Assembly (NCBI RefSeq): GCF_041661825.1
Contig: NZ_JBAZTU010000008.1
Location: forward strand, 58,584 to 122,583
Length of the DNA: 64,000 bases
DNA from: Sphingomonas sp.
Lineage (GTDB): Bacteria; Pseudomonadota; Alphaproteobacteria; Sphingomonadales; Sphingomonadaceae
Direction of reading: 5' to 3'
Shown piece after piece: positions 7,659 through 17,488 of the stretch. The stretch's first letter is position 1. Each line of letters starts with the position of its first letter. The position numbers and the translations under genes are program-made. The notes beneath the pieces were generated by a model. It worked only from the letters and a program-made list of their open reading frames with translations, did not search any database and was not told where the DNA came from.

Positions 7659-8158
7659 ACGCCGACGCGGCCGACGCGAATCTCGCGTCGCAACAGGCGT
7701 TCGTTCAGCTGCTCGCTCCACTGCACCGCCATCGCCGGCGGCACGGCGGTGGCGGGGATCAGCAGCACGTTGATCTGCCCGGCGAGATTGCGGCCGAGCA
7801 CGGCGCCCTCGATGCGATAGGCGCCGAGCGGCAGCGAGAGCTGGACCTGCGGCTCAGCGCCGCCCTTTGTCACTTCGGCAATGGCAGCGGCGATGCGGTC
7901 GAGATGCGCGTGGAGCATCGCATCGACATCGCCTGCCGTCGCCGGCGCCTCCGCCATCGGGGCCGCGGCGAGATCGCGCGGCATGGCGAGCGCGGCGAAG
8001 ACATTGTCGTCGGCAGTCTGCTTCTTCGTCTTGCCCGCATTGCGGGTCAGCGCATCGGCAAAGGCACGCTTCTGCGCGGGCTGGGGCTCGGGCTGTGGGT
8101 TATGGGCCGGGCGGGGCGACGGCGTGTAGCTCGGCCGGGGCGGTGGGGCGGCGTTCAT
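7622..8158 (-). CDS. Probable needle-length / substrate-switch protein (SctP/HrpP/HpaP-like)
   Basis: Last gene after sctN and sctO. Pro-rich N-terminus PPPRPSYTPSPRPAHNPQPEPQP. C-terminal T3S4-like segment is QVQLSLPLGAYRIEGAVLGRNLAGQINVLLIP. Its 3' end overlaps the convergent gene 6759..7658 by 37 nt. Confidence 0.5.
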   Translation of the reverse strand: MNAAPPPRPSYTPSPRPAHNPQPEPQPAQKRAFADALTRNAGKTKKQTADDNVFAALAMPRDLAAAPMAEAPATAGDVDAMLHAHLDRIAAAIAEVTKGGAEPQVQLSLPLGAYRIEGAVLGRNLAGQINVLLIPATAVPPAMAVQWSEQLNERLLRREIRVGRVGVQAPSRRAFPPA

Positions 8159-8607
8159 GACATATGGCTCCGGACGGTCATCGGCATATCGGCTTCGAGC
8201 CGGTCCTCGACGCGGCGCTGCTCGACCCGGATCGCGGCGCGGCGATGGTCGGCGATGGTGTCGCTGCGCAGCTGGTGGCGGCCGACCGCGCGGAATGCCT
8301 CGCCATGGGCGTCGCGGGCGAGGTCGAGCCGCATATGCCGCTCGGCGACATAAGCTGCCGCGCCGGCCTCCAGCGCGATGCTATGGTCGAGCCATAGCCG
8401 CGCCTGGCTGCACGCCGGCGTGCGGGTGAAGGCCTGGCGCGCTTCGGCCCGGGCGGCGATTGCAGCGGCATGGTCGGCGCGGGCGCGGTCGAGCGCGGCG
8501 GCAGCCTCTTCGGCGGCGGCCAGCGCATCGGCGGCAGCGCGCGACAGGCGCAGCCCACGGACGCGGGCGATCTGCGCGAGCCTCGGCCCGCCCGGATCAA
8601 CGGCCAT
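8155..8607 (-). CDS. Probable stalk protein (SctO/YscO/FliJ-like), 150 aa, Ala/Arg-rich helical
   Basis: Uses the internal ATG at 8607 of ORF 8155..9150, overlapping the sctN stop by 11 nt. Sequence MAVDPGGPRLAQIARVRGLRLSRAAADALAAAEEAAAALDRARADH... looks like coiled coil. Position is immediately downstream of the ATPase. Confidence 0.5.
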   Translation of the reverse strand: MAVDPGGPRLAQIARVRGLRLSRAAADALAAAEEAAAALDRARADHAAAIAARAEARQAFTRTPACSQARLWLDHSIALEAGAAAYVAERHMRLDLARDAHGEAFRAVGRHQLRSDTIADHRRAAIRVEQRRVEDRLEADMPMTVRSHMS

Positions 8608-9925
8608 GATCGATCTCCTCGAAAGGGCGCAGCCGCGCCACGCATTCGGCGAGCGTCGCCGATTCGTGGCGGGTCTGGCGCAGGAAAGCATTGATCGCGC
8701 CGCGTTCAGCCAGGGCGCGGTCGGCGAGCCGGTCGCGACCGGGCTCATATTCGCCCATCTGGACGAGCAGGTCGATTTCGTCGAGCTTGGCCAGCATCGC
8801 GCGCAAGCCGGTCGCCGCGCGCTGCTGCGCCGCCGGGGCAAGACGCGGGAACAGGCGCGACAGGCTGCCGAGAATGTCGATCGCCGGATAATGGCCGCGC
8901 GCGGCGAGCTTGCGCGACAGGACGATATGGCCGTCGAGCAGCGAGCGCACTTCCTCGCCCACCGGGTCGCCATCTTCGTCCTCGAGCAGCACGGTGTAGA
9001 GCGCCGTGATCGCGCCCGCCGCCGAGGTGCCGGTCCGCTCGAACAGCCGCGGCAGCTCCGCGAAGACGGAAGGAGGGAAGCCGCGGCGCACCGCCGGCTC
9101 GCCGGCCGCCAGCCCGATCTCGCGCAGAGCGCGGGCGAAGCGCGTGACACTGTCCATCAGCAGCAGCACGTGCCGGCCTTCCTCGCGCAGCCCCTCGGCG
9201 ATGGCCGTGGCGACATGCGCCGCGCGCACGCGCTCCATCGCCGGCCGGTCCGAGGTCGCGACCACCACGACTGATCGCGCAAGTCCTTCCGGCCCCAGCG
9301 TCTCCTCGATGAACTCGCGTACTTCGCGCCCGCGCTCGCCGATCATCGCAATGACGATCGCGTCGCACCGCGCCTGGCGCGCGAGATTGGCGAGCAGCAT
9401 GCTCTTGCCCACGCCGGCGCTGGCGAAGATACCGACGCGCTGGCCGATGCCGATGGTCAGCAGTCCGTCGATCGCGCGGATGCCGGTCTCCATCGCCGCA
9501 TCGATCGGGCGGCGGTCCATCGGATTAGGCGAGGCCGCATGGATCGCGCGGTCACTGCCGCGGCGGACCGGGCCGAGCCCGTCGAGCGGCTGGAGCCGCG
9601 CATCGAGCACCCGGCCGAACATGTCGCTGCCGCACGGCGTGCGATCGTCGCCGCTGCGCAGGATCACGTCGCTGTCGAGCGACAGCCCGCGCAGATCGCC
9701 GAGCGGCGTCAGGATTGCGCCGCCATCGGCGAGGCCGATCACTTCGGCCCAGAGGGTGAAGCCGGTCTCGGGATCGACGATCTCGCAGCTTTCGCCGATG
9801 CGCGCGCGCACCCCGCTGACGCGCAGTGTCGTGCCGAGCGCGCCGACGATGCGGCCATGCTGCTCGAACATCGGCGCGGCGTCGAGCGCGCGGACCAGTG
9901 AAAGCGTGTCGGGCCGGCTGCTCAC
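8597..9925 (-). CDS. sctN: T3SS ATPase
   Basis: Walker A is GIFASAGVGKSMLLANLAR; Walker B region is VLLLMDSVTRFARA. F1/FliI-like architecture, GTG start. Confidence 0.95.
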   Translation of the reverse strand: MSSRPDTLSLVRALDAAPMFEQHGRIVGALGTTLRVSGVRARIGESCEIVDPETGFTLWAEVIGLADGGAILTPLGDLRGLSLDSDVILRSGDDRTPCGSDMFGRVLDARLQPLDGLGPVRRGSDRAIHAASPNPMDRRPIDAAMETGIRAIDGLLTIGIGQRVGIFASAGVGKSMLLANLARQARCDAIVIAMIGERGREVREFIEETLGPEGLARSVVVVATSDRPAMERVRAAHVATAIAEGLREEGRHVLLLMDSVTRFARALREIGLAAGEPAVRRGFPPSVFAELPRLFERTGTSAAGAITALYTVLLEDEDGDPVGEEVRSLLDGHIVLSRKLAARGHYPAIDILGSLSRLFPRLAPAAQQRAATGLRAMLAKLDEIDLLVQMGEYEPGRDRLADRALAERGAINAFLRQTRHESATLAECVARLRPFEEIDHGR

Positions 9926-10512
9926 GCCTCGATTCCCCAGCGCCGGGCGAGCGCGTCGAGCTGGACCGACAGGCTGGCGATCACCTGGCCTGCGCTGGTG
10001 CGCAGCTGGCAGTCGGTGGAATAGAGTGTGGAATCCGCGATGATCGTGACATGCGTGAAGTCGGCAAGGCGCGGGGCGAGCCGGTCGGCCATGTCGGGCG
10101 CGACGGAGATGGTCACCGGGCCCTCGCCGGGCAGCCGGGCAAGCGTGCGCTCGACCATCAGCGGGACGAGCGTCTCGTCATCGATCTCACCCACGATCGC
10201 GCGAACCGCGGCATGGGCCGCCTCGGCAACCGCAGCGCGGCGGGCCTCTTCATGCCGTTCGATCGCGGCGGCGAAATCGGCGAGCTGTTCGGCGATATGC
10301 TCGCCGGCCGCTGCCGTCGCCTCGGCCAGGCCCTCGGCGCGGCCGGCGGCGCGCGCGTTCTCGGCGTCGCTGGAGGCCCGATCGCGGATCGCTGCGCTCG
10401 CCTGAAGTAGCGCGACGGCGTCGGTGAAATCCACCCGCTGGGCACGCTTGATCACGGCCGTGCCGCTGGCGAGCAACGCGCGATCGTCGGCATGGATCAG
10501 ATGGAAGGTCAT
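9922..10512 (-). CDS. sctL: T3SS stator (SctL/YscL/HrpE, FliH-like)
   Basis: Lies immediately upstream of sctN. Has an Ala/Glu-rich helical centre, and the C-terminus ...STDCQLRTSAGQVIASLSVQLDAL resembles FliH/YscL ends. Confidence 0.7.
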   Translation of the reverse strand: MTFHLIHADDRALLASGTAVIKRAQRVDFTDAVALLQASAAIRDRASSDAENARAAGRAEGLAEATAAAGEHIAEQLADFAAAIERHEEARRAAVAEAAHAAVRAIVGEIDDETLVPLMVERTLARLPGEGPVTISVAPDMADRLAPRLADFTHVTIIADSTLYSTDCQLRTSAGQVIASLSVQLDALARRWGIEA

Positions 10513-10985
10513 GCCAGCGCAGCCACGATCCTGCTGGCGCGTGCGGCGAGGTCTCGCGCCTGGGGATCATCGAGTGCGTCGGGGAAGCGCTGTGCGAAGG
10601 GCAGCGGCAGCGCGGCATGAAGCAGCGCACGGCCCTCGGCATGGAGGCGCTCCGGTTGTGGGAGCGGCAGGTTGTTGACCCGGTCGGGGGCCGGTGCTTC
10701 GCAGGCCGCGTCCAGCAGGTCCTCGCCGACAGCGGCCGCCAGCGCGGCCAGCCGGGCGCCCGACAATTCGGCATCGATCGCGCGGCGGTAGCGCAGCAAC
10801 GCGGCAAGAATCGCGATGCGATGCTGCTCGCCCGGTTCGGCCGACAGCCAGTCGGGGACCTTGGCGATATCGGCGAAACGCGGGCCGGGCTTGCCCGCGC
10901 GCCGTCGCGCGAAGCGCGCACCACGCCCGTCGCCGGCTGCTTCGACAAGGATCGCGTAGCGCCGGCGCCGGGTCGCCCCTCTCAC
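10509..10985 (-). CDS. Hypothetical protein in the SctK (YscK/NolU) position
   Basis: Assigned only by its position between sctJ and sctL and by translational coupling. No motif recognised. Confidence 0.35.
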   Translation of the reverse strand: MRGATRRRRYAILVEAAGDGRGARFARRRAGKPGPRFADIAKVPDWLSAEPGEQHRIAILAALLRYRRAIDAELSGARLAALAAAVGEDLLDAACEAPAPDRVNNLPLPQPERLHAEGRALLHAALPLPFAQRFPDALDDPQARDLAARASRIVAALA

Positions 10986-11749
10986 GAGCGCACCCTATCC
11001 GGCACGCCGCCCCGGACGCGTCGCATGCGCCAGAGCGCGCGGCCGGCAAAGGCGAGCAGCAATGCCGCGACGATCGCCGCGAGGGTGCGCACCAGCGTCG
11101 ATACCGAGACCATGCCCTGGCTTTCCGGCACCACCGGCAGGCTCTGCGCCGGCACCATCACTACGGAGACCCGGTCATAGGTCAGTCCGTCGATCGCGTT
11201 GGTGACGAGTGACTTGATCGCGCCGGTCTGGCTGCGCAGGTCGAATCCGGTGCGGTATTTGACGAACACCGATGCCGCCGACGGCTTGGCCTCGCGCGAC
11301 AGCGGGTCGGCCTCGGGCATGGTGAGATGGACGCGCGCCTGGACCACGCCGTCGATCTCGCTGATCGTCCGGCTCAGCTCCTGCGACAGGCCGTAGATCA
11401 GCCGGGCGCGTTCCTCGAGCGGGGTGGAGGTGAAGCCCTCCTTCTTGAATACCGATCCAAGCGAATCGTAATTCTCGCGCGGCAGGCCATGCGCGCGCAG
11501 CGTCTCGACCGCGCGGGCGAATTCGCCCTGGTCGACCGTGATGCTCCAATTGTCCTTCTCGCCCGCGACCTTGTGCGCCGGGATGCCGGCCTGGTTCAAT
11601 ACCGCCAGCATTTCGTTGGCGGCCGGCTCGGTCAGCTTGCCATAGACTTCCTGCCGGCTGCAGCCGGCCAGGGTGAGCGCGGCGAGCAGCAGCAGGGGCG
11701 CGGCGAGGCGCCCCCGCCACGACGATCCGAAGGACCCAGCCGCGCTCAT
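10982..11749 (-). CDS. sctJ: T3SS inner-membrane ring lipoprotein (YscJ/HrcJ family)
   Basis: Start is the internal ATG at 11749, an ATGA overlap with the upstream gene. Lipobox is LLLLAALTLAGCS. Core is EVYGKLTEPAANEMLAVLNQAGIPAHK...LEERARLIYGLSQELSRTISEIDGVVQARVHLTMPE, with a C-terminal TM segment. Confidence 0.9.
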   Translation of the reverse strand: MSAAGSFGSSWRGRLAAPLLLLAALTLAGCSRQEVYGKLTEPAANEMLAVLNQAGIPAHKVAGEKDNWSITVDQGEFARAVETLRAHGLPRENYDSLGSVFKKEGFTSTPLEERARLIYGLSQELSRTISEIDGVVQARVHLTMPEADPLSREAKPSAASVFVKYRTGFDLRSQTGAIKSLVTNAIDGLTYDRVSVVMVPAQSLPVVPESQGMVSVSTLVRTLAAIVAALLLAFAGRALWRMRRVRGGVPDRVRS

Positions 11750-12180
11750 TGCTGCTTGAACAATTGCTGGACGCCGTCCGAGCTGCGGTTGGCGATGTTC
11801 GAGGTGAGCTGCGCCTGGAACATGAATTCCGAGCATTTCATGGTGAGCTGGACCATCTCGCCCGGGGTCAGCTGCCCGCCGCTCGCTTCGGCATTGGCGG
11901 CGTAGCGCGAGACGGCGCGGGCCTGGATGTTGACCTGGTCGAGCGCGTTGAACATGCCCTTGAGCGCCGGGGGGATCGGGCCGGCCTGAACCGTGCCCTG
12001 GACCTCGCCCAGCTTTTCCAGCGCATGGTGGAAACGCCCTTCGACCGTCGGGCTCACGCCCGAGACGCCGGCGCTGCCGCCGCCCGGCGGGAGCAGGTCG
12101 AAGGCCCGGCCGGCGGTGGCGGAGGAGCCGCCCGCACCGGCGGCTGACGCGGCGAGCGCGCCGATCGCGTCGATGCTCAT
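11746..12180 (-). CDS. sctI: Probable inner rod protein (SctI/YscI/PrgJ-like), 144 aa
   Basis: Internal ATG at 12180 of ORF 11746..12777. Gly/Ala-rich N-terminus, with C-terminus QLTPGEMVQLTMKCSEFMFQAQLTSNIANRSSDGVQQLFKQQ. Sits between the needle candidate and sctJ. Confidence 0.55.
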   Translation of the reverse strand: MSIDAIGALAASAAGAGGSSATAGRAFDLLPPGGGSAGVSGVSPTVEGRFHHALEKLGEVQGTVQAGPIPPALKGMFNALDQVNIQARAVSRYAANAEASGGQLTPGEMVQLTMKCSEFMFQAQLTSNIANRSSDGVQQLFKQQ

Positions 12181-12182
12181 GG

Positions 12183-12491
12183 TCAGTTCTTTCGTGCCAT
12201 GGTTTCGAGCGCCTTGGACACGCTGTCGATCGAGCTGTGCGAGCTGTTCGCCATGAAACTCATGCGCATCGATTCTGCGGTCAGCTGCGTGATGTCGGAC
12301 GGTTTGTCGCCGCCTTGCGAGACCACGTCGGACTGAGCGGTGATGACATCGGCCTGGGTGTCCAACGCCTTGCCCCAGGCATTGGCAAAGGCCTCGAACC
12401 AGTTGCTCTTGCCGTCGCGGATGTCGTTGTCGCCCATGCCGCCCATCGCGGCGAGCGTGCCGAGCGAGGCACTGTTGATCGGGTTGGTCAT
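12183..12491 (-). CDS. sctF: Probable needle or pilus subunit (SctF-like), 102 aa, Cys-free
   Basis: Small helical-hairpin-type protein with a KPSD turn and C-terminal helix ITQLTAESMRMSFMANSSHSSIDSVSKALETMARKN. Position matches the Ysc order D-F-I-J. Confidence 0.55.
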   Translation of the reverse strand: MTNPINSASLGTLAAMGGMGDNDIRDGKSNWFEAFANAWGKALDTQADVITAQSDVVSQGGDKPSDITQLTAESMRMSFMANSSHSSIDSVSKALETMARKN

Positions 12492-13696
12492 GACTGCGCT
12501 CCTTCATTGGATCGGACGCCGGTTGCGTTGGTCTCGGTCCGGGCCGGCGGCGTTTCCGGACCCAGGATGAGTTCTTCGACCTGGCCGTCGCGCTCGAAGC
12601 TGACGCGGCCATTGCCGATGGTGATGATCTTGTGCCCGGTCGGCACCAGCGCGCCGGCGAACCAGCGCGTGCCGTCGACCGTGGTGATGTAACCGGGGTT
12701 GCCGTCGACAAAGGTCGCGAGGCCGTATTCGGAGCCCGAGAAGAAATATTGCAGGTCGCGGTCGCCGCGGCCGGCATCGGGGGCGAAGGCGACCTGAGTC
12801 ACGCCCGGCACGTCGCGCTTGATCAACCCTTCGAGTTCCTTCTGGCGGTCGGCAGGCAGGAACTCGGCGGTGACGAGCAGGCTATGACCGCGCCGCGGCT
12901 TGGCCTCGCCGTCGACCCCCTGGGCGCGGAGCAAGTCGGTGGCCGAGGCAGCGAGCGCCTGCATCGTATCGACATCGACGATCGCCGATCCGATCCGATC
13001 CGAGACGAGCAGGCGCAGCCGGGCGAGTTCGGTATCGTCCTTGACGATGCCGTGGATCACCGTGCCGGACGATCCCTCGGTCAGTGCCAGGTCGCCGAAC
13101 CCGGCGGCGGCAAGGACGGCGCGGTCGCTGGCGCTGCTGTGCAGCTGCTGGCCGATCCAGCGCGTCGCCGGGCCGGTCAGCGCGACGACCAGCAACAGCA
13201 TCGCCGCGAGCAGGGTGTAGATCGGCCAGCGCCGGTCGAGCGACAGCGCGTCGCGCATCGGGTAGAAGCGGGTTGCGACACGCTCGCTCAGCGCGGCGCG
13301 CTCGTTGCAGGCTTCGCCCGGGACGGCGAGCATCGAGGAGAGGCGCTGAGTCTCTTCCCAGCGCTCCGAGGTCGGTTCGCCCACCGCGACGGCGAACCCG
13401 CCGAGCATCATCGGGATGAAGGCGGGTAGTGCGGTTTCCTCCCCAGGGCCGACCGGGCGGCCGAACAGCTGCGCCTCGCCCGCGACCACTCGCACCGTCG
13501 CGACGTCGTCGCCGAGATGAAGCTCGATCGACAGGCCGCGAGTCGAGGGATCGCGCAGCACGATATCGTGATCGAAGCCATGCCCGACCCGGACGAACTT
13601 GCCGCCGTGCAACCGATGCTCGGCACCCTTCAGCCGGCCGCTCAACACGCGCAGCACGGCGCCGCCGGCCATGGCGGGGGCGAAGGGGGCATTCAC
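12488..13696 (-). CDS. sctD: T3SS inner-membrane ring protein (SctD/YscD/HrpQ), FHA-like N-domain
   Basis: N-terminus LRVLSGRLKGAEHRLHGGKFVRVGHGFDHDIVLRDPSTRGLSIELHL is FHA-like. It has a single TM segment, IYTLLAAMLLLVVALTGP, and a periplasmic C-domain. The gene follows the secretin. Confidence 0.7.
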   Translation of the reverse strand: MNAPFAPAMAGGAVLRVLSGRLKGAEHRLHGGKFVRVGHGFDHDIVLRDPSTRGLSIELHLGDDVATVRVVAGEAQLFGRPVGPGEETALPAFIPMMLGGFAVAVGEPTSERWEETQRLSSMLAVPGEACNERAALSERVATRFYPMRDALSLDRRWPIYTLLAAMLLLVVALTGPATRWIGQQLHSSASDRAVLAAAGFGDLALTEGSSGTVIHGIVKDDTELARLRLLVSDRIGSAIVDVDTMQALAASATDLLRAQGVDGEAKPRRGHSLLVTAEFLPADRQKELEGLIKRDVPGVTQVAFAPDAGRGDRDLQYFFSGSEYGLATFVDGNPGYITTVDGTRWFAGALVPTGHKIITIGNGRVSFERDGQVEELILGPETPPARTETNATGVRSNEGAQS

Positions 13697-15525
13697 CGCT
13701 TGCGCTTCCCGGACTTGCCGGCATCGGCGAGCGCCTGGAGTGTTTCGAGCGGGATCGGCGTGGTGGCGGAGGCCGGCTGGAGCCCCGCCGCCGAATTTTG
13801 CGACAGGATGCGCGGGGTGATCAGGAAGATTCGCTCGACATGCTGCGCGCCCTTGCTGCGCTTGCGGAACGCCTGGCCGAGGATCGGGATGTCGCCGACG
13901 CCGGGGACCTTCGACTTGTAGTCATATTGAGTCTCGACGGTCATGCCGCCGATCAGCAGGCTCTCGCCCTGGCGGACCACCGCGCTGGTGTTGATGCTCG
14001 ATTGCTTGACCGCAGGAATGCCGTCGACGATCAGCCCGGTGGGCGATCCGTCGAGGATTTCGATCGCGAGCCGTGTGCGCAGCTCGCCGCCGTCGAACAG
14101 CACCGAGGGGTTGACCCGCATCACCATGCCGGCGGTCACCGGGAACAGGTCGACCTGGCGGTCCCCGGCGACGCGCACATAATATTGCACCTGGTTGTTG
14201 AACACCGCGGGGATGTTGTTGAGCGTGCTCAACCGCGGGCGCGACACGACATGGAGCACGCCATTCTTCTCGAGCGCGGTGATGCGCAGCGAGAATCCGT
14301 TGAGCGAGCCGGTGAGATAGGTTGCCGCGAGGTTCGCCCCCGAGAAATTGCTGGTCGGATTGGACTGGGTGCCGCCGAACAAGGCCGCGAAGCCACCGTC
14401 GCGGAAGCCGAAATCGATGCCCAGGTCTTTGAGCTTGCTCGTGTCGAGCTCGAGAATCGTCGCCTCGATCTCGACCCCGCGCGGCTCGACATCGAGCGCC
14501 TTCACAATGTCCTCATAGACCGACATGGCCTCGGGGCGATCGCGGATCAGCACGGCATTGTTGGTCGGATCGACCTCGACGCGCGGGCCGTTGATGTCAC
14601 GCGGCGCGGCCTCGCGTACCACGGTGGTGTCGAGCCCCGGCGTGCCCTGCTGGTCGAAGCTGCGCTGTGCCTCGTCGGGCGGCACGGCGTTCAGCCCGCG
14701 CCCGCCGAGCCGGGGCATCGACTGGCGCTCTAGGTCGAAATTGCCACTGGTCGATACGGTGTTGGACGGCCGGCCATCGCCCATCATGCCGCGCAGGATC
14801 GAGGCAACGCCCGGGATCACCACGGTACGGTCGAAGCTCTTCTGGATCGTGTCGTCGGCGCGGGCGTAGCGCATGTAGAAGATGCGCACTTCATAGGGCG
14901 ATCGCGACGTCGCCGAGCTGAGCAGGCGGGATCGGACCGGCACGCTGCTCACCATTTCCATCGCCGCCGGGCCGAGCAGGGGCGAGATGATCGCTGCGTT
15001 GGACGGCGTGGTCGATGCCTGGACGATCGCCGGGTTGGCACGGGTGCTGCCGGCAAGCTGCGAGATACGGTCGAGGAAGGCGGGCACGCCGGTCGCGCTC
15101 ACGGCGTTGGCCGACGCGGCGACGGTGTTGGCGCTGTCGATGATGCGCATCTTCTGCGCATCCTGCACGATGCCCGCGGGGTCCGCGGCGGCGAAGCTGC
15201 GCGACTGGATCTCGGCCCCGGTGTACACCCGGACGACGGCGCCGTCATAATAAGCGACCAGGTTGAAGGCGCGGGCGAATTGAGTCCAGATCGACTTGGG
15301 CGTGCCGACGAACACGCCGTTGATCTTGCCGTTGATCGCTGAACTCGTCTTCACCTTCAGCCCCGCCTGGCCGAACAGATCGGCGATCGCGGCGTCGACG
15401 CGCTGGTTGCGCGCGGTGACGGTGACCGTCTTGTCGGTGAACGGCGGCGCCTCGGCCGGCGCCATGGCCGGCGCAGCGATCGCGCAGGCCAGGAACAACA
15501 GGGGATGCAACGAACCTCGCGTCAT
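13693..15525 (-). CDS. sctC: T3SS outer-membrane secretin
   Basis: Signal peptide is MTRGSLHPLLFLACAIAAPAMA. Secretin C-domain reads ...VVRQGESLLIGGMTVETQYDYKSKVPGVGDIPILGQAFRKRSKGAQHVERIFLITPRIL. Confidence 0.92.
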   Translation of the reverse strand: MTRGSLHPLLFLACAIAAPAMAPAEAPPFTDKTVTVTARNQRVDAAIADLFGQAGLKVKTSSAINGKINGVFVGTPKSIWTQFARAFNLVAYYDGAVVRVYTGAEIQSRSFAAADPAGIVQDAQKMRIIDSANTVAASANAVSATGVPAFLDRISQLAGSTRANPAIVQASTTPSNAAIISPLLGPAAMEMVSSVPVRSRLLSSATSRSPYEVRIFYMRYARADDTIQKSFDRTVVIPGVASILRGMMGDGRPSNTVSTSGNFDLERQSMPRLGGRGLNAVPPDEAQRSFDQQGTPGLDTTVVREAAPRDINGPRVEVDPTNNAVLIRDRPEAMSVYEDIVKALDVEPRGVEIEATILELDTSKLKDLGIDFGFRDGGFAALFGGTQSNPTSNFSGANLAATYLTGSLNGFSLRITALEKNGVLHVVSRPRLSTLNNIPAVFNNQVQYYVRVAGDRQVDLFPVTAGMVMRVNPSVLFDGGELRTRLAIEILDGSPTGLIVDGIPAVKQSSINTSAVVRQGESLLIGGMTVETQYDYKSKVPGVGDIPILGQAFRKRSKGAQHVERIFLITPRILSQNSAAGLQPASATTPIPLETLQALADAGKSGKRKR

Positions 15526-17486
15526 TCGGCAAACTCGCGTTGCGCCTGGCTCGCCAGGCTCTCGGGGGCGGAATTGAGCTCGCCGACGATGTCCAGCGGG
15601 ACGGCGGGGTTGAGCTCGTTGAAGGAAATCACCGGCACGTCGAACAGGTCGCCGGCGATGAGCAGGCGGAGCGGACGGCGCAGGTCCTGCGCGGTGAGGA
15701 TCGCTCGGGCGCCGCTCGCCGCGACCTGTTCGGCCAGCAGCGTGTTGAGCGCGCGCATCTGGTGCGGGTTGATCGCAAGGCGCATCTGGCCGTCGACGGG
15801 GGTCAGCGTGTGGCGGATGATCTCTTCGAGAGTGTTGCCGACGATCAGCACGCGCAGCCGGCCCGCATCGCAGATCGGTGCGATCAGATGGCGGCGCATC
15901 GCGATGCGCACCCGCTCCGCCATCGGAACCGCTTCGCGCTCATACTGGCCGACATCGCCGATCGCTTCGATCGCGTCGCGGAAGTTGCGCAACGGCACCT
16001 TCTCCTCCGCGAGCAGGCGCAGCACTTCGCCGATGCGGCCGGTCGGCACCGCGCGCACGGCTTCCTTGACCACTTCGGGATGGCTTTCGCCGAGGCGGTT
16101 GAGCTGGTCGGTGATCTCCTGCAGCCCGAGGAACAGCACGAGATTGCGTTCGAGCAGCCGCTCGACATGCAGGCCGACGCGCATGGCAAGCTCGCTCGCC
16201 TCGACGCCGCCGCCGAGCGGCGCGTCATGTGCCGAGAGCGCCCAGCCATTGCCAGGGACGGTGCCCGCTGTGTCGGCAACGATGCGCAGGTCTGGGATGG
16301 CGACGCCGCTGCGTTCCTGAAGCGCAGCGATGCCGGTCCGGACCCGGCTCGCCAGGGCGGCGAATTCGGGCTGTTCGGCGGGCACGCCGACGGTGAGGCG
16401 CAGCGCGTCGAGCCGCGGCATTGCCTGGGCCACGATCGTCGTCTCGCCGGCCGGCACGCCATTGTCGGCGACCGCGAAGCCGAGTCGTTCGCGGATCATG
16501 CGGCCCGAGGTTGGGTGCGCCAGAGCACCGCCGCTGAGCAATGCCGCGGCAAGCGCGAAGAAGACGAGGGTCGGGAAGCCGGGGATCAGCCCAAGCAACA
16601 GGGTCAGCCCGCCCGCGATCAGCAGGACATGCGGCTTGCCCAGCAGTTGGCGCGAGATGGCGGGGCCGAGATCGCGGTCGCGATCCTCATCGGTGGTGCG
16701 GGTAACGAGCAGGCCCGCCGCCATCGCCGAGAACAGGGCGGGCACCTGCGCCACCAGCCCGTCGCCGATCGTCAGGATCGAAAAGGTGGTCGCCGCCGCG
16801 CTGGCCGACATGCCGTGATAGAGCATGCCGATCGCCAGGCCGCCGATCAGGTTGACCAGCACGATGATGATCGAGGCGATCGCATCGCCCTTCACGAACT
16901 TCATTGCACCGTCGAGGCTGCCATGGAGCTTGCTCTCCATCTCCAGCGTGCGGCGCTTCTCGCGCGCTTCGTCCTTGCTCAGGATGCCCGATCGCAGGTC
17001 GCTGTCGATCGACAGCTGCTTGCCGGGCATCGCATCCAGGCTGAACCGCGCCGCCACTTCGGCGACGCGCTCGGCGCCCTTCGAGATGACGATGAACTGG
17101 ACGATGGTGATGATCAGGAACACCACCAGCCCGACGACCAGATTGCCGCCAGCGACCATCTCGCCGAATTGCTGGATGATCGCGCCGCCATCCATCTCGG
17201 TCAGGATCATGCGCGTTGTCGAGATGCTGATCGCCAGCCGGAACAGCGTCGACAGCAGCAGCACCGTCGGGAAGGTCGAGAAATCGAGCGGCTTCACGAC
17301 GTACATCGCGCTCAGCAGCAACAGGATGCCGATCGTCATGTTGGTCGCGATCAGCACATCGAGCGCCAGCGGCGGCATCGGCACGATCATCAGCATGACG
17401 ACCGCGACGACGACCCCGACCAGCAGGACATCGGCTGCGCGGATCGGCAGCGCCCGAAGGCGCGGGAAAGGAAGCGTCCGCGCCAC
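15522..17486 (-). CDS. sctV: T3SS export-gate major subunit (FlhA/LcrD/HrcV family)
   Basis: GTG start. TM-rich N-half contains FPTVLLLSTLFRLAISISTTR...GGAIIQQFGEMVAGGNLVVGLVVFLIITIVQFIVISKGAERVAEVAARFSLDAMPGKQLSIDSDL, followed by a cytoplasmic C-domain. Confidence 0.95.
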   Translation of the reverse strand: MARTLPFPRLRALPIRAADVLLVGVVVAVVMLMIVPMPPLALDVLIATNMTIGILLLLSAMYVVKPLDFSTFPTVLLLSTLFRLAISISTTRMILTEMDGGAIIQQFGEMVAGGNLVVGLVVFLIITIVQFIVISKGAERVAEVAARFSLDAMPGKQLSIDSDLRSGILSKDEAREKRRTLEMESKLHGSLDGAMKFVKGDAIASIIIVLVNLIGGLAIGMLYHGMSASAAATTFSILTIGDGLVAQVPALFSAMAAGLLVTRTTDEDRDRDLGPAISRQLLGKPHVLLIAGGLTLLLGLIPGFPTLVFFALAAALLSGGALAHPTSGRMIRERLGFAVADNGVPAGETTIVAQAMPRLDALRLTVGVPAEQPEFAALASRVRTGIAALQERSGVAIPDLRIVADTAGTVPGNGWALSAHDAPLGGGVEASELAMRVGLHVERLLERNLVLFLGLQEITDQLNRLGESHPEVVKEAVRAVPTGRIGEVLRLLAEEKVPLRNFRDAIEAIGDVGQYEREAVPMAERVRIAMRRHLIAPICDAGRLRVLIVGNTLEEIIRHTLTPVDGQMRLAINPHQMRALNTLLAEQVAASGARAILTAQDLRRPLRLLIAGDLFDVPVISFNELNPAVPLDIVGELNSAPESLASQAQREFAE

Positions 17487-17488
17487 GA

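Noticed and set aside
8608-9150. N-terminal extensions of ORFs 8155..9150, 11746..12777, 10982..11836, 25609..26388, 27305..28540, 58315..60117, 61571..63232 and 48961..49188
   Set aside because: The extensions overlap the upstream, better-supported gene out of frame. Internal starts that give 1-11 nt coupled overlaps or have good SDs explain the conserved domains.
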